IMG/VR virus record: IMGVR_UViG_3300028829_006673 | Source of the DNA: a virus | Direction: 5' to 3' (one strand) | Length of the DNA stretch: 64,000 nt | Shown: positions 1 through 9,200 of the stretch, piece after piece | How the letters are laid out: every line of letters starts with the position of its first letter | Numbering within the stretch: position 1 is the stretch's first letter | Notes under the pieces: model-generated | Told to the model about the DNA's origin: nothing | Seen by the model: the letters and a program-made list of their open reading frames with translations, nothing else | The model's database searches: none | Made by a program: the position numbers and the translations under genes

Positions 1-1
1 C

Positions 2-790
2 ATTAAGATCTATCATGACGTCAAAGACGGTCATGATTACACTTTAGTCGCAGATGTCTCAAAGGGGCGTGGTCAAGATTATTCTGTCTTCTCAGTCATC
101 GATGTCTCAATGAAACCTTTTCGTGTGGTAGCAGTTTACAGAGACAATAAAGTTCAACCAATCATCTATGCGAGAATCATACACAATGCAGCTTTATATT
201 ACAACAAGGCACAGGTCCTTGTGGAAGAGAACAACATCGGTTCTCAAGTCACGGATGTTCTTTATCAAGACCTGGAGTATGAGAACATCTTCACCACGGT
301 CAAGAAAGACCAGAAAACAATCCTCTCAAGCGGGTTTCACCGCACTGCAAAAATGGGCATCACCACAACGCCCAGAGTCAAAAGAATTGGTTGCTCCAAT
401 CTTAAGATGCTCGTTGAAAAAAACCAACTGCTGGTGACAGATTCCGAAACAATCAGCGAATTTCTGACCTTCTCTGTTGATGGAAGAGGCTCATATAGTG
501 CTGAAAATGGTAAGCATGACGATTGTATCATGACTCTAGTTTTGTTTGCCTGGATGGTAGACGAAATGTATTTCAAAGAATTATATGAAAACAATATTCG
601 TGAAAATCTCATGAAATATATGGAAGAAAAAGAAAGTGAAGAAAATTATTTACCTTTTGGCTTCCTCAGTAATGGTGTCGATGAATATGATTTTTCATTA
701 GGAAATGACCAAGAAGATCCTCAGGAACATCTTGAAATGCTTAGAAAAAATATGTGGCTACTAGGTCTTGAGGAAAAAAGTGAAAATTGA
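2..790 (+). CDS. gp17: Terminase large subunit, C-terminal nuclease domain (5' truncated by window edge)
   Basis: Frame is open from base 2 (IKIYHDVKDGHDYTLVADVSKGRGQDYSVFSVIDVS). Carries T4 gp17 motifs DVSxGRGQDYS, LVEENNIG and HDDCIMTLVLFAW. Lies directly upstream of the sheath gene. Confidence 0.95.
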   Translation: MKIYHDVKDGHDYTLVADVSKGRGQDYSVFSVIDVSMKPFRVVAVYRDNKVQPIIYARIIHNAALYYNKAQVLVEENNIGSQVTDVLYQDLEYENIFTTVKKDQKTILSSGFHRTAKMGITTTPRVKRIGCSNLKMLVEKNQLLVTDSETISEFLTFSVDGRGSYSAENGKHDDCIMTLVLFAWMVDEMYFKELYENNIRENLMKYMEEKESEENYLPFGFLSNGVDEYDFSLGNDQEDPQEHLEMLRKNMWLLGLEEKSEN

Positions 791-796
791 TAAATA
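789..796 (+). promoter_or_regulatory. T4-type late promoter box (GATAAATA)
   Basis: nATAAATA in the intergenic region ~100 nt upstream of the gp18 start; the same box recurs before other late genes. Confidence 0.6.
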
Positions 797-896
797 TTTG
801 AAATACGAATAATAATAAAGAAAATGATTCAATATAATTTATTTTTTGATGTGGAATTTAACCCTGAATACGAAGCATCAATAAAAAGGATACAAT

Positions 897-3389
897 ATGT
901 CAACTGTAAATGTAGATTTCCCACTTTCCCCGGGTGTAGTAACTTCAGAGATTGACAATTCAATTCGTCAAACTGCAGTTCCTCTGGGAAGTGTTGGTTC
1001 CTTGATTGGTAAGTTTTCTTGGGGTCCTGCTATGGTACCAACAATGGTAGCGGATCATCAAGAATTTGAAACTTTATTTGGAGGACCAACAAATAATAAT
1101 TTTATTGAATGGTTTAACGGATATAACTTTTTAGAGTATGGTGAAAATTTAAATGTAGTGCGATTGGTTGATTTTGATAATTCAAGAAATGCTTGTTTTT
1201 CAGGCATCGATACTGTTTTAGTTACAAATGATGAAGACTATACAAACAATTTGATCATTGAAGAGGGTGGTATCAGTGATGGAACAGCCGCTCCTGGTAA
1301 AATTGTAATTGGTGTCAATTCAGCACCAGGACCTTGGATTGCTCGTTATCCAGGTGTCAAAGGTAATTCACTACGTGTTGATACTTGTTTTGCTACTGAT
1401 TATGGACGACAAATTGGAAGATATGACGAAGAAGGTATGGTTCTGGGAAGTATCGCTAATTCAAATCCAACTTGGGTAATTAATCAAATTACATTTAATC
1501 TTATTGCCAGTTCAGCAAATGAGTATGAATGTCAACTTGCTTATCGTGACCTTGTATCAAATAATCATATTGATATTTGGGGAGGAGTGCGAGGTTGGTT
1601 TGAAGATTCAACAGATGTATTAGCAGATGGCGGTCTTCTAAATCAAGAAAAAGTTGTAACATTCTTTGATGGAACAGATTCATATAATATGTTGATTACT
1701 GGAATTAACTCAGCAGCAAAAACATTTAATGCTTATGTAAATCGAAATGATGTAGGTGCGCCTCCACGTGTTTTAGACTTGAGCGCAAATCCTTTACAAT
1801 CATTACATATAAGAACTCGTTCAAAGTATCGTGAATTTTCTTACGGAGCTACACGAAATTCACCAAACAATCTATTGGGTAAAGTTTATTTCTCAAACAA
1901 TACCTATAAGATTCGTGGTGTAAAGACTGCATTTACAAAGCAAATTTCGAAAGGTGATACAATTAGTGTTGCCGGACAAGCAGTAAATGTTTTGAGTGTA
2001 GATAATGATAGAGAACTCACAGTCGGACGTGTTTTGATTGGTGAGTATACAGCAAACACCGCAACTAGCTGGTCAAGAGAATGGCAATATTCTCAGTTCT
2101 TTGCCAGTGAACCAGCTTCATCAAACTACAATCGTGGTGTAAATGGTGATTATACAGCACATTTCAATGACCAAATGCATATTGTAGTGCTTGATGAGCT
2201 TGGTGATATTACAGGAAATAAAGGTGAAGTCCTTGAGACTTATTCACACCTTTCACTTGCTCGAGATGGTAAAGATGACTACGGTGTTCCAACTTATTAT
2301 GTTGGACGAATCAATACAAATTCAGATTGGATTCGTTGGTCAAATCATGCTCTTGCAACACAGCCTCATAACTGGGGTTCAAATGCTTTGGATACAACAT
2401 TTATGACATATAATAAAGTTCTAAATGCTCTTGGTAACAATCTAAGTGCTGCTACCTTTGCTGGTGGTTCAAATGGAACTCAAGTCGATAATGCTGACGT
2501 CATTGAAGCAATTGATTTGTTCCGAGCAAAAGAAACTCATGAGACAGATTTTATGATGACTGGTTGGACTTATGATGTTATGAATCCTTTAAATTATCAT
2601 TTGCTCATTTCAAAAATGATTCAAGTAGCTGAAGAAAGAAAAGATTGTGTAGTATGTGTCTCTGGTGAATATGGAGCAATTTGCCGAGGTAAATCAAATG
2701 CGGATGACATCACTGATAACTATATACAGTGGAGGTCTGCGATTGTACCTAGTTCATATGCGATTATGGATGGAAACTTTAAGTATCAATATGATTCGTA
2801 TAATGATACTTATCGTTGGTTGCCTCTATCTGGAGATATCGCAGGTTTGATGGCGAGAGTTGACATTGAACAAGCACCTTGGTATTCTCCTGCTGGAATG
2901 AAACGAGGTCAAATTAAGAATGTAGTTAAACTTTCTTATAGCCCTTCTCGAGAAAATCGAGATAATTTGTATCTCAATCAAATCAATCCAGTAGTAACAT
3001 TCAAAGGTGAAGGAACTATTCTATACGGAGATAAAACACTTCAGGTAATTCCGAGTGCTTTTGACCGAATCAATGTTCGACGACTTTTCATTCGCTTGAA
3101 AGATTATATTGTTGTTGAAGCAAGAAAGAAATTGTTTGAATTTAACACTCCTTACACAAGGGCCGATTTTAGAAAATTGACCGAACGCTATCTCGATCAG
3201 GTTCGTGTTGATCAAGGTCTTTCTGAGTATCGTGTGATTTGTGATGAAACAAATAACACTAATAAACTTATTGAAGAAAATAAATTTGTGGCTGATATCT
3301 ACATCAAGCCGACATATGTAATTAACTTCATTAAATTAAACTTCACCGCAGTTGGTCAAACTGTAGAGTTTGATGACCTTGGTGTATAA
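897..3389 (+). CDS. gp18: Tail sheath protein (830 aa, with ~220-aa insertion)
   Basis: SPGVVTSEID, IGKFSWGP, ARYPGVKGNSL, WYSPAGMKRGQIKN, LYGDKT, FDRINVRRLF, FEFNTPYTR, YIKPTYVINFIKLNF motifs; SD AGGA upstream. Confidence 0.97.
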   Translation: MSTVNVDFPLSPGVVTSEIDNSIRQTAVPLGSVGSLIGKFSWGPAMVPTMVADHQEFETLFGGPTNNNFIEWFNGYNFLEYGENLNVVRLVDFDNSRNACFSGIDTVLVTNDEDYTNNLIIEEGGISDGTAAPGKIVIGVNSAPGPWIARYPGVKGNSLRVDTCFATDYGRQIGRYDEEGMVLGSIANSNPTWVINQITFNLIASSANEYECQLAYRDLVSNNHIDIWGGVRGWFEDSTDVLADGGLLNQEKVVTFFDGTDSYNMLITGINSAAKTFNAYVNRNDVGAPPRVLDLSANPLQSLHIRTRSKYREFSYGATRNSPNNLLGKVYFSNNTYKIRGVKTAFTKQISKGDTISVAGQAVNVLSVDNDRELTVGRVLIGEYTANTATSWSREWQYSQFFASEPASSNYNRGVNGDYTAHFNDQMHIVVLDELGDITGNKGEVLETYSHLSLARDGKDDYGVPTYYVGRINTNSDWIRWSNHALATQPHNWGSNALDTTFMTYNKVLNALGNNLSAATFAGGSNGTQVDNADVIEAIDLFRAKETHETDFMMTGWTYDVMNPLNYHLLISKMIQVAEERKDCVVCVSGEYGAICRGKSNADDITDNYIQWRSAIVPSSYAIMDGNFKYQYDSYNDTYRWLPLSGDIAGLMARVDIEQAPWYSPAGMKRGQIKNVVKLSYSPSRENRDNLYLNQINPVVTFKGEGTILYGDKTLQVIPSAFDRINVRRLFIRLKDYIVVEARKKLFEFNTPYTRADFRKLTERYLDQVRVDQGLSEYRVICDETNNTNKLIEENKFVADIYIKPTYVINFIKLNFTAVGQTVEFDDLGV

Positions 3390-3400
3390 AAGGAGATAAA

Positions 3401-4096
3401 ATGGCAATTAGTATTTCAACACTTAGAAATAAAATGACTGGTGGTGGAGCACGTCCATCACTCTTTTTTGCTCACGTTTCATTTTCAGACGAATTGAAAA
3501 CTGCACTTGGTAGTGCTGTATCGGATGTTATTGATGGAGGTAATGGTGCGGATGTTTCGTTTTTTATGAAAGGTTCTCAAATACCTGAGAGTACATTAAA
3601 TGCTGTTCCAATCAATTTTCTTGGTCGTGAATTTAAAGTTCCTTCTACAGACCGTGTATTTCAAGACTGGACTGTTCAAGTAATTAACGATGAAGATTAT
3701 CGTATTCGTCACATCTTTGAAGCATGGATTGAGCATGTCACACCAGGAGGAGCTATCTTTGCATCTCAAGCAGCATTTGGTGGTGATGGAAACCAAAGTG
3801 TGTTCTGCAATATGGAAGTTCATCAATTGACAAAAGCCGGAGATATTTCATCATATGGTGGTGGAACTGGAAACGCTACGAATGCGAAATATTACGGATC
3901 TTATTATTTTGTTGATGCTTTTCCAACCAGTGTTTCTCAAATGGATTTAAGCTGGGATACAAAGGATACAATTGAAGAATTCACTGTGACCTTTGCTTAT
4001 CAATATTGGAAGAAGACTCCGGATGTTGTACCAGGTACAGTGAGTCCATTTATTGATACGAAAGCTACTAGTTGGGTTGCGGCAGCGAAAGAATAA
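3401..4096 (+). CDS. gp19: Tail tube protein
   Basis: GGARPSLF, FLGREFKVP, DWTVQVINDEDY, DAFPTSVSQMDLSWD, IEEFTVTFAYQYW motifs; SD AAGGAG. Confidence 0.95.
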   Translation: MAISISTLRNKMTGGGARPSLFFAHVSFSDELKTALGSAVSDVIDGGNGADVSFFMKGSQIPESTLNAVPINFLGREFKVPSTDRVFQDWTVQVINDEDYRIRHIFEAWIEHVTPGGAIFASQAAFGGDGNQSVFCNMEVHQLTKAGDISSYGGGTGNATNAKYYGSYYFVDAFPTSVSQMDLSWDTKDTIEEFTVTFAYQYWKKTPDVVPGTVSPFIDTKATSWVAAAKE

Positions 4097-4120
4097 GATT
4101 ATTATTTTATATGAATATTC

Positions 4121-4151
4121 AACCCACACCATAAGAGGTGTGGGTTTTTTT
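4121..4151 (+). terminator. Rho-independent terminator after gp19
   Basis: Perfect 10-bp stem AACCCACACC/GGTGTGGGTT, 6-nt loop ATAAGA, followed by a T run. Confidence 0.9.
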
Positions 4152-4169
4152 AGGTCAAAAATTGTGAAT

Positions 4170-4177
4170 GATAAATA
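4170..4177 (+). promoter_or_regulatory. Late promoter box (GATAAATA) for portal operon
   Basis: nATAAATA between the terminator and the gp20 SD (CAGGAG). Confidence 0.7.
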
Positions 4178-4217
4178 TTGATACCAATATTTCTAATTTA
4201 TTCAGGAGTTTATATTC

Positions 4218-5951
4218 ATGGCTACATTATTTGGATGGAAGTTTGAAGAACAGAAAGACCGTGAAGAAACGAATCTTCAGGCGTTTAGCCCACCTGACTT
4301 TGATGATGGCTCTGCCGTTGTAGGCGCAGCCGGTGTATATGGTACCTATCTAAATTTAGACAATACCTTTACAAACGAATTTGATCTGATGGCTCGTTAT
4401 CGTGCGATGTCAATGCAACCTGAATGTGAGTTAGCAATTGATGAGATTGTTAACGAATCGATTACATCTGGAAGAAAATCATATCCCGTATCCATTGAAC
4501 TTGACTATCTTGAAGACTATTCGGAGATGCTCAAGGAAAAGATTGGTGATGCTTTCTATGAACTAATGGATAAACTGAATTTCAAATACATGGGTTATGA
4601 AATTTTTCGCAAGTGGTTTATTGATGGACGATTATTCTATCAAACATTGATTGATGTCAAGAATCCTCAAAAGGGTATTCTTGAATTGCGACCGATTGAC
4701 CCATTCAAAATCAAGAAAATTCGAGAGAGAAAGAAGACAGAGGAAGAGTCTGCACGCATTGGAATGGATGAAATCAAAATCAATCAGCAATATAATGAAT
4801 ACTATCTATATTCTGAAACTGGTGTTTTTAATCTTGAAACAGAAGGAGATCGAAAGAATGTTCTGAAGATTTCACCCGATTCAATTGTCTATGTGAACAG
4901 CGGTCTGTTGGATGAAAGACGCAAAAATGTAGTTTCATATCTACACAAAGCGTTTCGTCCAATGAACCAAATACGAATGCTGGAAGATGCGGCAATCATT
5001 TATCGATTAAGCCGTGCGCCATCACGAAGAGTGTTCTATGTGGATGTTGGTAACTTGCCAAAAGCAAAAGCCGAACAGTACATGCACTCACTGATGAGCC
5101 AGTATCGTAACAAGATGGTCTATGATAGCAAAACAGGTCAGTTAAGAGATGACCGTAAGTTTCAAGCAATGCTTGAAGACTATTGGATGCCCCGGAGAAA
5201 TGGCTCGGCAACCACAGAGATTGACACAATTCAAGGAAGTGAGGCGAACTTCACTCAGCTGGATGAACTTGAATTCTTTCAGCGACAACTCTTTCGTTCA
5301 CTGAATGTGCCCATCTCAAGAATGCAACCTGAAGCTGGTTTCTCATTAGGACGAGCAAGTGAAATCTCAAGAGAAGAATATAAGTTCATGAGATTCATTG
5401 AAAGATTAAGAACACGATTTTCAAATTTCTTTTTAGAGGTTTTAAAACGACAGCTAATTCTCAAGAACATTGTTTCAATGAAACAGTGGGAAGAAATAGC
5501 TGATTCAATTCATTTTACATTTGACCAAGACAGTAACTTCAATGCTCTGAAAAACCTTGAACTTCTCACTGAAAAGATGAATGTGTTGCGAGATGCGGAA
5601 GAGTATCGTGGAAGATACTTCTCTGCTAACTATATTCGTAAGAACATTCTATCTCTTAGTGATGAAGATATCGATAGAATTGATGAAGAGATTGAAGAAG
5701 AAAAATATGATCCACGATTCGCACCTAAAGAAGGTGACGCTGGCTTCGGTATGGGCAGCATGGGCGGAATGGGAGGCGGTCTCGGTGGTGGCCTCAGAGG
5801 TGACCTCGGTGGTGGATTACCCACAAGTTTTGATGATGGCATCGGAGGAGAACCAAGTGAACCAAGTGGTTCAGGTATGGTAAATGACCTCGGTGGTGGA
5901 AGTGGTGGAGGTCTTGGCGGAACAACAACACCTGGCACAGGAGAATTATAA
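4218..5951 (+). CDS. gp20: Portal vertex protein with Gly-rich C-terminal tail
   Basis: MATLFG start; PECELAIDEIVNE, WFIDGRLFY, SYLHKAFRPMNQIRMLEDAAIIYRLSRAPSRRVFYVDVGNLPKAKAEQY, MLEDYWMPRR motifs. Confidence 0.98.
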   Translation: MATLFGWKFEEQKDREETNLQAFSPPDFDDGSAVVGAAGVYGTYLNLDNTFTNEFDLMARYRAMSMQPECELAIDEIVNESITSGRKSYPVSIELDYLEDYSEMLKEKIGDAFYELMDKLNFKYMGYEIFRKWFIDGRLFYQTLIDVKNPQKGILELRPIDPFKIKKIRERKKTEEESARIGMDEIKINQQYNEYYLYSETGVFNLETEGDRKNVLKISPDSIVYVNSGLLDERRKNVVSYLHKAFRPMNQIRMLEDAAIIYRLSRAPSRRVFYVDVGNLPKAKAEQYMHSLMSQYRNKMVYDSKTGQLRDDRKFQAMLEDYWMPRRNGSATTEIDTIQGSEANFTQLDELEFFQRQLFRSLNVPISRMQPEAGFSLGRASEISREEYKFMRFIERLRTRFSNFFLEVLKRQLILKNIVSMKQWEEIADSIHFTFDQDSNFNALKNLELLTEKMNVLRDAEEYRGRYFSANYIRKNILSLSDEDIDRIDEEIEEEKYDPRFAPKEGDAGFGMGSMGGMGGGLGGGLRGDLGGGLPTSFDDGIGGEPSEPSGSGMVNDLGGGSGGGLGGTTTPGTGEL

Positions 5952-6214
5952 TGGACGCAGAAGAATTAACTAAAAATTTGATCAAGAATATTAACGATGA
6001 AGATTTGGCAGGTGCTAAATCAAACTTTGAAAGACTAATTGCAAATAAACTTTACGACAGACTTGAAGATAAGAAAGAAGGTCTAGGTAAAAAGATTTAT
6101 TCAAAGGATTCAAATCCAGAATCAGATTCAGAACATGAAACTCAAACAACACAAGAGCCATCAGGACATGAGCAAGAAACTACAAGCGCCGAATACGCAA
6201 CTGCGGAGCAGTGA
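5951..6214 (+). CDS. gp67: Prohead core protein gp67-like
   Basis: Small acidic ORF coupled to gp20 by a TAATG overlap; pattern LIKNINDEDLAGAKSNFERLIANKLYDRLEDKK; T4 synteny 20-67-68-21. Confidence 0.75.
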   Translation: MDAEELTKNLIKNINDEDLAGAKSNFERLIANKLYDRLEDKKEGLGKKIYSKDSNPESDSEHETQTTQEPSGHEQETTSAEYATAEQ

Positions 6215-9200
6215 AATTGAACTAATCCTTGAACGTTCTTTTATTGATGATTGGATTGAAGGATCAAAAAAATATGTTGCTGGTGAAAGAGATAAACTTC
6301 TCAAGAAAGCCTGGAATGGAAGTCGCAAGGCTGCCATCAACACGGGAGGAAAACTTTTTCTTCGTTCTCTCGAAAAGTTAGGTGTAAAGTCTGCTGGTGA
6401 AAAAGCAGATTTACTTGATCAGGCAAAGGAGTTAACTATTGCGTATCGTGAAAATCGACATAATGCCAATCAATCAAATGTACAGTTGATGAAAGCGATG
6501 AATAAACTTGGTATATTAGGCGATTATCTTGCAGAAATTACGACAAACAAAAATTTCTTAGAACGAATTGATAATTTACTTCAAAGTCAATTTGATCCAG
6601 AAAGTCAAATTTTACTTAAGCAAGTAAAAAAATCATTTGAGGAACGACAGAAGCATATTACGACCGCTAATAATGCACGTCTAAAATTAATGACTCCTTT
6701 ATTCAAGCCACTTTTTGATGTAGATTTTTTGAATAATGATTTTAAAAGAGATATTCTACCATTAGAGTCCGCAGGTCTTATTCTTGTTGATACACCTCAA
6801 GAAGAAGAAAAAGCTAAAGATGAAATTCAGAAAAAGGGAAGACCAACTCAACTAAAACCAGAACTTGATTGGAAAAAAGATCCAACATCAAGTCATTTTC
6901 GAAGCATCACAGACCTCACTGTAATGAAAAATTGGCTTGAGCAGGACATCAATCAAAAGGATCCTCAAAAAGTTCAAAAGGCAAAAGAATTTACAACTGA
7001 GATTAACTCAAGAACTTCTGGTGCGACAAGAGAACAAGAATCAAATGAATCTTATCAACCAGAATTGTTTGAAGAATTGTTTGAGAATTTTGTAACTAAA
7101 AAAAAAATTAAAATTCTAGAGGCAGAAGATCGATCTGAATATGAAGAAGATGAAGATGGAAACGTAAGCTCAGACGAAGAAGTAGATCAAAATATTGTTT
7201 CTGAACTCAAACAAGAGTATCAAGAATTCTCAAAAAACATAACAGAAGTTCAAGAAGGATTTGAAAATTTCTTAACAAAAGATTTTCCAAAACATGTTGA
7301 AGAGATTGTAAAAAATTGGCGAAAACAAATTTCTAATAACTCAAAAGAAAAAGAAGAGGATAGAGTAGATGATTTATTAACAGTAGCTATTGGTAATTCA
7401 AAACGTGTTGTAAAATTAGCAGATGAAATAGCAAATGAATATCGTATTATTCACGGAAACTTAACTACAAAAAGTTCTGTTCAAAAACTACTTCCAGGAA
7501 TTTCCTCACTTCTTTCCAAAGTAACTGCTCAAGTCAAAAATTTAAAATCAGGCAACAATCTGAATAACAGAATAAGTGCGAACAGTGTTAGGCCTGATGA
7601 TAAAAATCTCTCTCCCTATGTTCAGTCAATACTTCATGAAATTTTTATAATGCATGGAGTAAGCTTGCTTTTATTTGATTCATATGTTCGTGATTCTCTG
7701 AGTGACCTTGATGATTTTTTTACTTCAAACAATACTCCTATTTTAAAGCCAAGCCAAAAAGTAGAAAAAACACCCTTTCGTAAATTATTATCCACTTTAG
7801 AAAAATATAATAAGTTTGTTTCGGAATTTTCTCAGCATACGCAAAATCTTGGCAGTAATAAAGAAGTTCATAAATTGTATAACTTTTTGTATGACCATTT
7901 GTATTTGACAAAAGCAGGAGAAAATCCAGATGATAAAGATGAAGGATTATTTCATGCTGCTGTTTCTCATGCGGCAAATAAAAATAAAAAAGAATCTTAT
8001 GACCATATAAAAGGATTTGCTGATTATCTTGGAAATTTGCTTAAAAGAAATTACCAAGAATTTGATGATTTGTCAAAACAAAAATTAGATAGTCTTGAAG
8101 GTAGAACAGCCTTTGATATAAGAAAGATTGACCGTGATCGAAAAGCGGCGATTTTATCTTGGGGACCTCATCCTGAATTACAGGATAAAAAAGATACTGA
8201 CTTGAATGAGTACGATAGTAAAGATTTTTCTTGGCAAAAATTTATTGAAGATAAACATTTATATTTCAAAAATCCTGAATTATATGGTAAGCAAACACCA
8301 GCCCATGTGATTCGATATATTCAAAGTTTATCTTTAGAACAAAAGCAAAATAAATGGGAGGAATATCTCGCATCAAAAAATAAGGTAAGTACAGAAGAAG
8401 GTGAAAAATCAGTTCCAGTGATTGAACACTTAAAGAATGATAAAATAATTGAATATATTAATGAAAATAAAGTAATTCTCTATACAACTCGAACAACTTG
8501 GGCCAAATTAAGAAATAAATGGAAACAAAAACGTAAAGAAGTTTATAATCATATTGAACGAACAAAATATTATAAATTTGAGGATCTCTTAGGAAAATTG
8601 AATAAAGACATTGCTCCTGTTTCAATAAATCGAAACATCGTTGCTTTTCAAATACCTACTATAAACATATATCATATTGACACTTTATTAAAAAATGAAG
8701 AATCTTCATCAGAAGACCTCAATCTAACAATTGATTTAGATAAACTTGCTTTTATTGCTGATAATTATAGTTTATTCGAAAAGATAGTTAAAGGAAATAA
8801 AAAAAGTATATTCATTTATGAACAAAATGAAGATTTTCAAAATAAAAATTTGCTAAAAGTGTTGACACAGATTGCGACTATACTTGACGCTTTTCAACGA
8901 AGTTATGAACCCGCAAAAAAAATAAGTAAAGTTGAATTGATACAAGACTTAACCAATCGTGAATCAGAGTTTTTTAAAAAATTAGAATCAGATATAAATG
9001 AAAATAAAGTTAAAAAAGAGGTTATAATCCTTACAGCGGATTTTAATAAAATAATAAAGGGTCTTGAAAAACAACAAACATCATCAATGATTAAGCTTAA
9101 TATTTTAGCCACTCTTTTCTATAATCAAGATAACAGAGGAGGAAACACTTTAGTTCAAAATTATGCTAAGGATATTGTATCAGAATCTAGTATTGAATCT

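Noticed and set aside
1398-2070. Intein in the sheath insertion
   Set aside because: No C-terminal His-Asn followed by Cys/Ser/Thr, and no LAGLIDADG or HINT motifs.
5581-5985. Pro-rich minus-strand ORF (5630..5938) and overlapping short ORFs
   Set aside because: Antisense or alternative-frame readings of the Gly-rich portal tail.
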